From positions 396,840 to 445,059 of the forward strand of contig NMRA01000299.1 of assembly GCA_002633005.1 (NCBI GenBank): a DNA stretch of 48,220 nucleotides, given 5' to 3'. This DNA is from Phoronis australis (taxonomy: Eukaryota; Animalia; Phoronida). The notes under the pieces are model-generated. The model was not told where the DNA came from. It saw only the letters and a program-made list of their open reading frames with translations, and did no database searches. Each line of letters begins with the position of its first letter. Within the stretch, counting starts at the first letter, position 1. A program made the translations under genes and the position numbers. Of the stretch, positions 1 through 12,001 are shown piece after piece.

Positions 1-517
1 TTATACAGAATTTGTTGAATACACGACACTTTTCATTTTTCACGGTCTTTATTCCGTTGCGTTCATACTTTCTGAACAAAACTCTACTCTCTACTGAACA
101 TAGATACAGTAACTGACCTAGCGACATAATTAAAAAGACACACGATATTTCGAAACATACTTGTTTCATTCTCAAGTGAAGATAAAATGACGCAGTAATG
201 CCACCACAGAGTATAAGCTGACGACACACACAGTGAGACACGGCGGGTGTGAAATACTGCAAAGAATGACTAAAGAATTAGGGTAACAGGAAAGTCACGC
301 AAACAAGTGTAACGTGCGGCGCGACCCTGTTTGCTGCTCATTCAAAATAGGCTTCTCAAAAGCAATTAAAAGGGACTCTAATACTTTCAAACGCAGCACA
401 TCTTGCTCCACGTAGCGAATTGACGTGTTTTCCACAATTTCTTGACGGGTCAAGAAATTGTGGAAAACACGTCAATTCGCAGTGAAAAGTGTCGTGTATT
501 CAACAAATTCTGTATAA
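1..517. mobile_element. MITE with perfect 35-bp inverted repeats and an internal 32-bp-arm palindrome; may extend beyond the left edge
   Basis: 1-35 TTATACAGAATTTGTTGAATACACGACACTTTTCA is the exact reverse complement of 483-517; 415-446 and 449-480 form a perfect palindrome with a 2-nt spacer. Confidence 0.8.
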
Positions 518-823
518 CATTTTGTATTGTGAACATTCATTTTCAAAGGGGTTTTCTCATTTTAAGTTTTTTGGAAATGCTCATTTTCATATCTGAAGTA
601 AATTGTTACATAAGATATTCTCCTGAGTTTTCTGTGCTAAACTAAAAAAATAGCATTGCATGAAACTATAGCATTAAATATTCATACATCTTGATGCAAT
701 GAGGGCCAATTAAGGTTTTTCAAAAGTCAGGCTTGATGTTTGTTCGAATTGTTAATTTTGGTTACCGTAATGACTAGGGAGTTGCTTGTAAAATATTTTT
801 AAAATCTTGTTACTTTATGTTTG

Positions 824-3497
824 CAGGGTGTCAAGTTTCGTATTTTTTTCCTATTTTTTCCTATTTTTTGAGACTCCTATTTTCCCCTACTTTGCTGTGA
901 AATTCCTATTTTTTCCTATTTTTCACTCATGGTGAGTCCAAATAAAAGGCCAGCAATAAACCGCTGTTTCTCAAACCTGACATTGTGCTTAAAATAATAG
1001 ATGCTGCAGGGTTAGGTGAACTTGTTTGTTTGATCTTCAAACACATCACAACTAGGGGCATCTAGTTGTGTTTTTACACTCTTGAAAATTGGATAGGTAC
1101 AAGAGCATTACCTATACCCCCTATCATGCAAATTGTTATACATGAATTGTGCAGACAACGCTTCATTGTGGTGAAACTACTTGGAATAATTGTATTTTAA
1201 TAACAATGAAACGTAAGTTAATTAAAGTGGTAAACAGACAAGGAACTGGTCATTGGTGAGAGTACATGAAGGGAACTAGAGAAACTACTGAAGCGTAAGC
1301 CTGAGATGAAGAAGTCATCCATATGCGCTCTTTCTTCATTGTTTCCATACAGTGCTAGGGTGAACAAAGCAAAATACTAATTTCATCAGAAACACTTGAT
1401 AAGAGTCTTAAATGGTAGCTTTAAACATGCCATTTATACAACTTTTTTACAACTTTTTGAATTTTTTAAATCGATTAGGCGGTTCTGGAATTATTTAAAA
1501 TTTAGAGCCTCAAAAATGGCATTTTTCAGCAAACAGCACCCATTAATTTCCAGCCATAGAAAACAACAAGTTTAGACAACTATATTTGACAATACATAGC
1601 TTAATGTGTCCCTAAAACAAAATGGAGAGTTCTGTACAAGTTGGTTAACAATGTGGCATCTACACCAAGCCACATACTATTATATTTTGCACCAAGAACA
1701 AAAACAATTGAAAAATTCACCATCGACTTTTGAAAGAACATTTTTGCTTATGGAGCTATTTAAACAAATGATGTTTTGAAAAGAGAGCTACTTATTACTT
1801 TGAAATTAACGGAAAACATCAAGAATTACTATGGTTTAGTGAAAATGTTTCTTGTGTTCCAAAATATTTTAAAACAATTCTAAAAAATTAAATTTGTAAA
1901 ACAAGTGAATTCAAAAGGAGTAAAAATTGGAAGTTTAGTCTTTTTCAGAATATTTTGTCATTTATTTGAAAACCTGTGAGGTTATGTTAATTATTCTTTT
2001 TCCCAAGTAAGATCAATGTATTTACAATCTTATGTTGCACACCATATGATGAAAAACGATAATGTGCATTTTTGATTAAACAAAATTAAATTGGAGCTTA
2101 AAGTTTCAACGAATTTTAATCAGTTTCGTTCCCATCAAATAATATAGGAACTGAGAGGTGTTTTGTTGGCTACCATCCAAAAGAGCATACTGTCTCGTAT
2201 TCTAAAATGTTTTGATTCACTGCAGAGTTGACTGGACAATTACTGGTATTTTAGTGAAAAATGCAATTGGCTAAAAATGAAACTGATCAGAGTACCACCA
2301 CGGGGTAGAAAAAGTGTAACAAAAATATTTTTTGAAGAAAATAGAAAAAAGAAACTGACTATTCCCAAAACTGAAGTTAAAATTGAATTTTAAAAATAAT
2401 CTGTACTATTTGGGCCACTTTTTGTAATTTAGAAAAGTTTTGACTGGTTCTGTTTAATACATTTGACCAATCAGGTCCGAGTTTAGTGTGAACCCTGGAA
2501 AGATCAACGTGGTTCTTGAAAAATGACTGAGTTTACCTTTTTGAAAGTGTTCCTAAATGGAAATGGTGAAATAAAGTGAAAAAAGTTGGATTATGACACA
2601 AATGGTGATTACAATGCTGAGTGTACAGTTTCAGGATTTTTCCAGGTGCGAGACTGATGAGGCAGTAAATTAAAAAAGGGACATTTTCTCATATTTATAT
2701 CAAAAAGTGCTCACTCAGGGTTCAAAGTAGAATTTTTAGCACAATTTCGTATAAATATTACCAATATTAAAATTGGTTCAGAAACAGCCATTTAACAGCT
2801 GAGTTTGACCCAAGCTGTAAGTCACAAGAATTTACCTGTGAGTGAAAAATGTGTGAAGTGCTCGATTTTTTTGAATTTTGGCCATATTTGCTCACCCTAA
2901 CAGTACCTTCAAAGTCGCTTGCCACTTAAGTGCTGAGTCTTTTGATATAGAAAAGCAAGAGCTTTGTGGTAGTTGGAACATTCAAAAAAACTATTTGAGT
3001 CCGAAGATAATCTTGCTAAAGAAGAAAAAAATGTCTTTGGAGAGTTCAAGGTTGTTAGAGGCTAATGTGAAACTCCGAGAAGCATTGTCTAGTTCATCAG
3101 CAGTCTCCAAGCAGTCAGTAACCGTTGCATCCATAATGCAAAGTGTGATGAACTGAATAAACGCATTAGTGAAATCCATAGAAAATGTAAGCATATTGAA
3201 AGCAAAACACATCCAGTCTGCGAAGAAATCCAACAAAGCATAGACTGTATGCCCAGTTTCGCTGAGAACATTAATTTGTTGAGTGTAACTTATAAATTGT
3301 CTAAGTGTTCCGTATGTGGACTGATATGTAGATTGTAGTTGTTTTGTGGTTTAAAGCTATTTTTTTAGTTTTGTGCAGAGACAACAATTTAAAAATACTC
3401 CTATTTTTTCCTATTTTGTCATAATTTTTTTCTATTTTTCTACTGAAAATTTCCTATTTTCGTATTTTTTCAAGGCCTTATGTTACTTGACGCCCTG
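824..3497. mobile_element. Non-autonomous hAT-like DNA transposon (outer element)
   Basis: TIRs CAGGGTGTCAAGT (824-836) and ACTTGACGCCCTG (3485-3497), 1 mismatch; clustered subterminal CCTATTTT repeats at both ends. A clean 8-bp TSD is not preserved. Confidence 0.7.
1356..2899. mobile_element. Non-autonomous hAT-like element nested inside the 824-3497 element
   Basis: TIRs TAGGGTGAACAAA (1356-1368) and TTTGCTCACCCTA (2887-2899), 1 mismatch; flanks ACAGTGC and ACAGTAC look like a decayed TSD. Confidence 0.7.
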
Positions 3498-3716
3498 TGT
3501 TCGTAATAGTAAGAGGATAGCAAATATTAGCGCCGTACGCCTTAGCAGCAATCTTAAAACTAGTTTGGTGTTACTCCATTTTAAATGTTGTTTGTTATTC
3601 ATACTGTAGATACATATCAAACCTCTATGTTTGATGTAGCTGTGTTAGGCACCAGAGTATGTTCCATTGATATGTTCTGGTGACATAAAAGCCTACTCTG
3701 ACACTCTTCGTTTCAG

Positions 3717-3812
3717 GTTATCCGGTTGTTTGGGGACTTCCAGCTGCCTCTGCAGGTTATATCCCTGGCTACGACAGCCATCAGTTGTGCAGAACTGGAT
3801 GATGGGAACATA
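3717..3812 (+). CDS. NUP160: NUP160 coding exon A (first visible; gene starts upstream of the window)
   Basis: tttcag|...|gtaagt; encodes VIRLFGDFQLPLQVISLATTAISCAELDDGNI, resembling vertebrate Nup160 VLRLLDVIGLPELVIQLATSAI; phase 0/0. Confidence 0.9.
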
Positions 3813-3886
3813 GTAAGTTGAAATGTTTTGTTGCTAAGAAGCTTTGAGATATCGTGAGCCTGTTTCTGTAATACTCTATGGCCTTC

Positions 3887-4500
3887 CAGGGCTCGACATT
3901 AACTTTTATTTCAACTTGCCCAATCGGACAAGTACAAATGAAATTTACTTGTCCTGACCTATAAGACACTTGTCCAAAGGTAATTAAACTCAAATTATAC
4001 TTTTCAAACATATATGAATGTCGCACATAATATTTGTTAGCACAAGCTCAATAAACATGGGTAAGAGCATATATTACACGACTTAAATTTTGCACAAGTT
4101 TATTAAAGTGGGTATTTGGATTTCACCAGTGAACACGCTACAAGTTTACCCTGGCTTTTCAATTCAGTTATATGTTTTTATAAGCTGCTGAGTGAGCTGT
4201 CGACTGTTTGTGACTTTTCAAAGATTTGATCCTGAACACATCTGACCCAGACGCAAGAGATGAACTGTTTGCACCGGCGTATTTTTCGCACGGGACACAA
4301 CACATTTTATTTCTGGTCCCTATCATACCGTAACTAGCCAAAATCTTCCATCCATTTCGGAGGGAATTCCAGTTTTTGTTTATTGGTTTCATACTGTTGC
4401 TTGGTGGCTTCACGCTATTTGGTTTGGTGACCAGTTGCAAGATTAGAGCTCCTTGACTTGAAACCATACGCAAACTAAATATCTATTTCAACATTGCAAC
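3887..4500 (-). mobile_element. Truncated hAT element with a TTF-type zinc-finger transposase remnant
   Basis: Terminus CAGGGCTCGACATTAAC with ACTTGTCC/GGACAAGT subterminal repeats; - strand ORF 4168-4473 contains KMCCVPCEKY...GSDVFRIKSLKSHKQSTAH (C-x2-C...H-x5-H), like ZNF862/hAT N-termini. The second TIR was not found. Confidence 0.55.
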
Positions 4501-4694
4501 AGTAGACACCGGCGCAGACGACAGTTTCCACACATGCCGTAAGACAGTCACATGTCGTAAAGTTTTATTAAATACTATTTAATAATAGTACGTGCTAGCG
4601 AATTATCGCTACTACACGTGAGTCTTTATACGTAAATCATAAATTGCAACGATCAGTGTGTTGGTTGACGAGCAAATGATTGACATTTGATTTA

Positions 4695-5815
4695 CTGTAC
4701 TCGTCCGTGTTATCGCCCAGGGCACTGAAATTGGGAATCTTAAAAACTGGGGTGGGCTGTAAGCCGAGCATGGGTGGTTAAAATTGAAATTTGGGAGTTG
4801 TTGCTTACTGCACGGAGGACCGATTTCACCCTGACGGAGCTACACTGACATCAGACTTCAAGCATCTCAGTTAAAATATAGGTTGGGTATTGAAGTAACG
4901 GACTTTGACGGCCTGCGCACACGATACAGTGGCGTCGTGATCCTGAGCGTGATTTTTTTTACGTACCTCGGTCGCTGCTGGTCATCTCTTAGAACTAAGG
5001 TATTCCTACCGGTGGGCGTCCGTTCAGTAGGGCAAGTTTCTTGAGAGAAATGACAGATTAAACAAAATTCCGCTAGTTCGCGGTGTATTTTTAAGGGAAG
5101 CACTTGATTGTGTGAAGATTTGCTTCCTGCTGGACACTTAGGCAACCAAACACTGCTGATGATTGACAGGTCTTCTTACTGAATACTTTGAACAGTGTAA
5201 GATTTTATATACATTGTATATTTCTTTTTGAGTTCAAAGCCAACACCGCTGTCGTTCAAAGCACGTGCTCAACACTCGGACGCTTCTAGGCAATAGGGGT
5301 ACTCGGTCAGTTGCCAAATTAATGAAGCAAAAACGCATCTTGTAAAAAGTCATTAGGCATATCAAAACTTCAAAAAATAAGTTTTTGTCCACGTTCCACA
5401 TGGACAGAATGTTCGACTGCCGCTAATGACAGATTGATTTTTTTTTGCATTCTTGCCTTTGGTTGGGCACTTCCATTTTGGTGTCAGAAGTGAAAGTCTG
5501 ACTCATTAAAAACATGCGTTTAACCAAGACGGGAACAGCGACACAAGTTGGCTTGTCACAATGAACAATGTCTTTTTTATTACAATGCTCAGGGTAGTTA
5601 ATGTTTTGTGTACTGTCACGGAGAATCACCGAAATGTTGGCCACTGATGTGATATCCCTGTCAAGTACTGCTTTGTTGGTTCTTCTACAGCAAATGAAAT
5701 AAATTCGACAAGCGCTGTCTCAGTGATCAGTGCATGCCGACATGAGTTCTGCGCGTGAGCCAAAGGAAACAATTCTCCTTCAGTGGCATGAGAATACGGG
5801 TATTTTACCACCCAT
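4695..5815. mobile_element. pogo/Tigger-like MITE family A, copy 1 (one end truncated)
   Basis: Begins TA|CTGTACTCGTCCGTGTTATCGCCC; body is the reverse complement of the 33836-35103 copy (both translate to ETCP.ERTPT.RNTLVLRD..QRPRY in spurious frames). Confidence 0.75.
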
Positions 5816-8634
5816 AGACATCTTAATACATAGACCGGGCGCGCGCCACTCAGATACATGAAGTTCGCGTTGTCAATATGACACCATATTGGAGAGTGTT
5901 ACTCAGGACAAAAATGGCGGACAACACTGGGAGCCCTACGGCATTAATCAGAAAATCCGGGGGCTCGCAGTGTTATGCCTGCAGCGGAAGAGTTACTTTT
6001 TTGGTCCTGCCCTTGAGTCATGGGTTTTTTGGTTCGGCCATGGAGCTTAGTGGTGCTGCCACTAGGTTTTTATGTTCTGCCAATACAGTTTAAGCAGAGC
6101 GACTATGCGTTGTTTCCAAGTCAGTCTTGGTGATTGAGGCCATATAAGATCAATTAAAAAGATCATAATTATTGACCAGCATATGCTGTTATCCAGTGAT
6201 GATGCTGTTCGTTAATTGTAATTAAGTAACTTTCTTGCCAGCCATCCAAATCACTTTATCTAAAAGAATTATGTATTCTCTACTGAAATATATACTGCTT
6301 TAAAAACTCATTTCTTATTATGTATTCCAAAATCAGATGTTTTCTGTTGTATAAAAACAAAAAAATCCCTGCAAAATCTGTACTTATGTCGAAGTTGACA
6401 TTGGAAATTTTGTAGATTTGCACTGCTTGCTTACTAGCTCTTTGTTTTGCGACTCAAAAGTTGCGCAAAAAGTAAAGTGCGTAGTAACCAAAATATCAAA
6501 CCTGTACGACTGAATTGTGCAACTGAGCTATAGTATAGCCAAAATACAGAATTTCCCACTTGAAACCGAGTGGAAAAATACCCAACCGAGCCAGTGTAGC
6601 ATTAAATAATGACCTCGTGAAAAATGACCCCAGTTAGTATTTTCACAAGGTCTAAATTTAATGTGAAGAATTTTCATCCCATGAAAAAAATTACCTCACG
6701 TCTGTGAAAACCTGTCTCATCATTATTCAACGATTCCCCACAACAGGGGGTTAGGATAAGCAGACACGTTACTCGTAATTGGCGATCATTCAACAATGTT
6801 CGATACGTGGATGTTTAGGTCTGGGGGCCACCTGAGTTCGAATCCGGCAAGGGAAATTTTGCGTTTTCAATATATGCCGCAATTAGGGAGTTAAAATACT
6901 GAACGGTGTGCAGACCAGGAATATGGTGTGGGGGTGTTGGGCTGAAGCGAAAACAATCACTATTTTCTAACAGTCATCCTTCATTCAGTTGCCCAAATTG
7001 GCAACTCTGGCCAATTTTGCACTGCTCGTGCCAGGATATGATATCTGACTGCTGAACTGCATGAAGACCAATCCAAAATACTTGGCCACATGTTAAGAAT
7101 CTTCCGCTCGCAGCCAAGTTCTCTTACTATCAAAGTCGAATTTGATACCATGAAAAGTCCAAGTGTGCTTTAGAGAAGAACTTATTTAAAATTTTTCGGC
7201 TGAGGGATGCACTGTACATATATCTGATTAAGGACGGGGATGGATAGGAATGGTTCGAAATAATGTGTGGGAGAGGGGATGATCTCTTTGTGACCACATA
7301 CTGTAAACGTTCGGGTTAACGCTCTGGGTGGTTAAATTGGCGAACCCAAAAAATCGGGGGTAGGCTGTTAATCAGACATGGGTGCTTAAATGTGAAATTT
7401 CAAGAAATCGGGGGGGGGGGGTTAACCGAACATGGGCGCTTATTACGACAGACAACCGCCCTGGGCGGTTAATCTTACCTTATGATCTGAGTCCCCACAC
7501 GTACTAAGCCACGTACTGGGATCGACTAACACTTTGTAAAGAATTTTATCGCCACCAAGTGCGTACTCTGCGCTTGCATAGAAAGTTTGCTGCATAATTT
7601 GGTGCCTCAGGTGAGACCGATTATTGCGAATTCTGCTCATTATTTCACTATACTTCGCAGACGTTGAACATGTTCACCTGCTTAGCAGCTGGTAGCTGTG
7701 CTGTCGTTTTAACCCAGTTGTGGTCACGTGCTGACCCAGTTTTCCTGTTTCATTAGTGCACTCCCATAATAAACAACTTAACTGATGGTCACGCAGACAA
7801 GGATTACAAGCAGTTCCGAATTTCAGTTCAAAATGCTTTCAATATAACATAATGTACTCTTGGTCTGAATGGTCAAAAAGCATAAAAATGTTTAATCAAT
7901 CACGAAATCGGGTTCAACTATTCAGTTGCCATGCACTGTCGACTCGCCTGTTTATGTTGCCGGTATGTGGAGTTGGCATGTAGGCCTACGTACTCTGGCC
8001 TTTCAATGGCTAAATACAATAACAAACTTTGTTAACAAACTCTACATTCGAAAAAATTGCCACCAAGCTACATTGCAAAACAAACACGAGTTTTTGTCCA
8101 CACCCGCGTTTTTACTGGTCGACTTTGCAGAAGAAGTCCTCCTATTCCAGTGTCGACAGTGAACAGCTATCATTGCTGTTTTTGTTTTGACTGCGAGACA
8201 GCTTTTGTTAGCAAATGAAACCATCTATTGTCTGACATTTGGCCACACAAGTTTGGGTTAAAATTAGTCAAACCTGTAACATCATATGTTTCCGATATCT
8301 AAGTCATCGCTTTCTTCAAAAGGTGCCTGATAATATGCGCGCCGTGGAAAAGAAACTTTAAAAATGGTTTCCAGTGGCGTAAATGGACTGGCGTTGGCAA
8401 GTGCCGCAGTAACGTCGTTGGTGTACGGCGATGTCTGTGAAACCAATTGAATGATAGGAGAATCATATTATCAAGGTATTCAGGATTGAAGCAAATGACA
8501 TTCAACTTGTGGCACGACCTGATGTTCCAGAATGATTCATTATACTCAATGAGTCAGGGTAGGAATGTACAAATTATGAAGCAAGTCTTAATGGTATTAA
8601 TCACATGCCCTGTAGTATGGTTTCTCCCTTTCAG

Positions 8635-8729
8635 CCCACCTTGTGGTCCATAATATTTAAACATCAGTTAGAACTAGGACACAATGATGAGGCGTATGCT
8701 GCTATGATTGCCAATCCAGACCCAACACG
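8635..8729 (+). CDS. NUP160: NUP160 coding exon B
   Basis: tttcag|...|gtaagc; PTLWSIIFKHQLELGHNDEAYAAMIANPDPT(R), resembling Nup160 IFKHHLDLGHN..AY; phase 0/2. Confidence 0.93.
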
Positions 8730-9543
8730 GTAAGCAAAAGCATTTTAAATTGATGTTTTCAGGAGATCCTGATATTAAATGGCATGCTTATGTGCTTTTA
8801 GGCATGCATACTCATAAATAGGGTGTTTCTTAAGGGTAGGTTTATAGCACTTCCAGCACTGTCAGTTGCATTGTCTCGTTTAATATTTAACAAATAGCTT
8901 TTATATAGGTCAGAAACTTTGTCTTACACTCGGTCTTTGCCATTATTGAATGAAGTTCTTGTAAACAAGTAATTGTTAACGCATCACAGTTTCACAGATT
9001 TGCAAATTTGGTTATAATCTCTGGGACCTTTTACTTTGTGAAACTGGGATGATTAAATTATTCATGTAAATATGTAATAAATGTGGATTGTAAGATGGAA
9101 ATTCAGACTTTACGAAGTAATATACTTTTATTAGTTGGTAAATAGGTTGCTTGTTGCTACATCTCCACCTGTGCCATCTCCGTAGCAATATTCTGATAGG
9201 CCAAAGCCATATAAGGATTATGTGTAGTCAAACCTTTTAAGTAGATTATTGCTGTTGCTTGGGACGATTTAAGATACATGAGTGAAAGAGGCTTGGATTC
9301 AGTGGTCCTGTTGGAATGTTGGATAGCTGAACTATATTACCAGGAGGCTGACTCTGTGAAGCTAATACCCTCTTGACACTGCTTTGTGGTCTTTGTTAAT
9401 GCAATTGACTGAAAAGTGTAAGTGTTTTGGTATTCTATTTTATTTAATTATTAATGGTGATTACACAGTCACAATGTAATAATATAATTACGTAGTCACA
9501 GTGTAATAACATGATTACAGGTCTGTGTTGGTTTTATTTCCAG

Positions 9544-9640
9544 ACAGAAGGATTGCTTGCGACAATTGGTAGTGGTGTTGTGCGACAGGAAGCAGCTACA
9601 GACGCTTGTGGAGTTCCCCTACACTGATCTACATGATGAG
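9544..9640 (+). CDS. NUP160: NUP160 coding exon C
   Basis: ttccag|...|gtaact; QKDCLRQLVVVLCDRKQLQTLVEFPYTDLHDE, close to Nup160 DCLRQLVVVLCERSQLQDLVEFPY; phase 2/0. Confidence 0.96.
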
Positions 9641-9983
9641 GTAACTACTTATTGTGGATGTTGGGAGAATAACAGGCCCAGAACAGACACTGAATTGGTT
9701 TGTGAAATGGGTACATCAAAATTAAAGAAACACTTAATTAACTATAAACGCAGTTCATGAATTGTTTGGGCTTGTTCGAGAATAGTGTTCATGAATCAAT
9801 CTACTGATAAATTCATGAACGAAAAGTTCACTACTGGTTCATGATCATGAATCTATTGAACTCATCACAACCCAGTTTATGGACTACATTAACAGGTAGG
9901 TTATTCAAATGCTGATAGACAAAAATTAATCTACCAGGGTTCTTTGTTTTGTTGTGTGGAACTGATCTGGGTTTTTTTTTCAG

Positions 9984-10089
9984 GTTGTTGGTATAATAGA
10001 ATGCCGAGCCAGGTCCGTTGATCTGGCTACTCACAATTACTACGATCTGCTGTATGCCTTTCATATCCAACGGGGTAATTTCAGAAAAG
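9984..10089 (+). CDS. NUP160: NUP160 coding exon D
   Basis: tttcag|...|gtactg; VVGIIECRARSVDLATHNYYDLLYAFHIQRGNFRK; phase 0/1. Confidence 0.96.
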
Positions 10090-10724
10090 GTACTGAGTTG
10101 TTTTTAGATGAATTCCTGGGCTCACATGTCAAGGCATTCTAGATATATGTCGACCTTGTTCTTACATTGCATTAACAATTGACATGTTCAATTCTGGTGA
10201 CCAGTCATACCTTTGTTACTAAGTAAAATCAAGAAGTCATAACTCTTACCCCTTGTGTTTTGGCAGTCATTAGCTTGTAGGAGAGGATTTGATTTAGGGC
10301 TTTGTTCACCCACATGTCTGTTGGTTTACAGTTATAAGTCATGCAACTATTTCCCGTATTGCACACAACTACTATGGGAACCACAGATCGCACTGTGCTT
10401 TCCCATTGTCTCTATTGTTATTTTGATTTACACATTTTCTGCATCATATTTGAAGCGTGTTCCTTTACCGTGACGTAAAATTTATTGAATACATTTCGGC
10501 AATGTCTGTTTATTACTTCAAAGCAGCAATAGACCCACGTTCCTTAGAAGAAACTAAATTTTGATTTCTGTCAGTTACAGCTATGTAATGTGTGACCATT
10601 TAAAAATTTTGAAATTTGACCTAAGAATATACCTCAGAAATGGCTGATCAGATTCATATGAAGCTTTCAGATACTATGCTTCACTTTTTTAAAATGTTTT
10701 AGGAATTGTTTTTAGAGTTTTCTA

Positions 10725-12001
10725 TTTTTATGCGCCTACATATTTATATGTGGACGTATTATGCCGTCATCTCCGTCTGTCTGTCCGTCCGGCATCCGCT
10801 GCTCTATCTCTAAAATGCCTTGACGTATCTTCATGAAAGTTTGCGCATGTGTTCCTTCCGTGGATGGGATGGCATGAGCGAACTTTCGGACGGATCCGAC
10901 TACCGATGTGCCCCCTAGTGGCAATTATAGTTTTTTACGTTTACCTCTGTATCTTCAAAACTCCTTAATGGATTTTCATGAAATTTGGAATAATGACACC
11001 TATTAGTGAGATGACGCTGTCATACCGTTTTCGGATGGAGTCAACATAGTTTGCGCCACCTAGTGGCCATTTTACTGTTTTCGAGTTTTTTTGTGTCCAC
11101 CCTGCTATCAACCAAACCTCTCAAAGGAGGATTGTGAAAATTGGCACGTACGTTCTGACTATGAAGTGGACGGCTGACGATGATTTTCCGACAATTTTGA
11201 CTACTGTGGCGCCTCCTAGTGGCAAGTTTTTTTGCGCCTATGGCTGTATCTTCTAAACTGTTCGAATAATCTTTACTAAATTTAGTGTTTTTATATGATG
11301 TTGACAATGGACAACAACAACTTTCGGGCGGATCTGACCGTTGGTGTGCCACCTAGTGGAAATTTCATTTTTTTGCGTTTACCTCTGTATGTTCAAAGGT
11401 CCTCAACGTATTTTCATAAAATTTGGCATACTGGCATCTGTTAATGAGATGACGCTATCTTATCGTTTTCAGATGCAATCGACCTAGTTTGCGCCACCTA
11501 GTGTCAACTTTTGCTGTTATCGAGTATATATTTTTGGCGTCCACTCGCCTATCAACCAAACCGCTTTCAGGATAATTGTGAAAATTGGCACGTATGTTTT
11601 TACTATGAAGTGGATGGCTTATGATGATTTTCCGACGAGTTCAACAACTATTGGCAGTTTTGTTTTATTTTTCGCTCATAACTGTATCTCCAAACCGCAC
11701 TGTAGGATCTATGTAAATTTAGTAAGTGAATTTATATGAAGATAACAGACGACGACTGTCAGGAGGATCGAACGGACGCTGTGCCCATGAGTGGCAATTT
11801 CATTTTGTTCTGTTTTCCTTTGTTTCTCTGAAGTTCCTTGACAGATTTTATGAAATATGGCATGATCCCGTTTTTGGATGGATTGTATGTTTTTGCGCCA
11901 TCTAGTGGCCATTTTTATGATACAAATAATTAACCCTAAAAGAACACTGCTCACGATGCATTCATGGGCGCATTTCAATGCTCCACGTTGCTCTGACTTG
12001 T
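10725..12001 (+). mobile_element. Helentron-associated interspersed element (HINE/DINE-1-like), family 1, apparently complete, with ~145-bp tandem core units
   Basis: T-run start; subterminal inverted repeat ATGCGCC (10730-10736) and GGCGCAT (11967-11973); (GTCY)n microsatellite near 10773-10790; tandem units containing TCATGAAATTTGG and GCC.CCTAGTGG; short 3' hairpin followed by CTTGT. Confidence 0.75.

Noticed and set aside
2878-3271. Overlapping short ORFs inside the outer hAT-like element
   Set aside because: Might be decayed transposase, but no diagnostic motif could be recognised.
6760-6860. tRNA or SINE suggested by the B-box GAGTTCGAATCC (6834-6845)
   Set aside because: No convincing A-box or cloverleaf; at most a decayed SINE head.
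7299-7460. Another TA|CTGTA-starting MITE-like end
   Set aside because: No matching second terminus was found, so boundaries cannot be supported.
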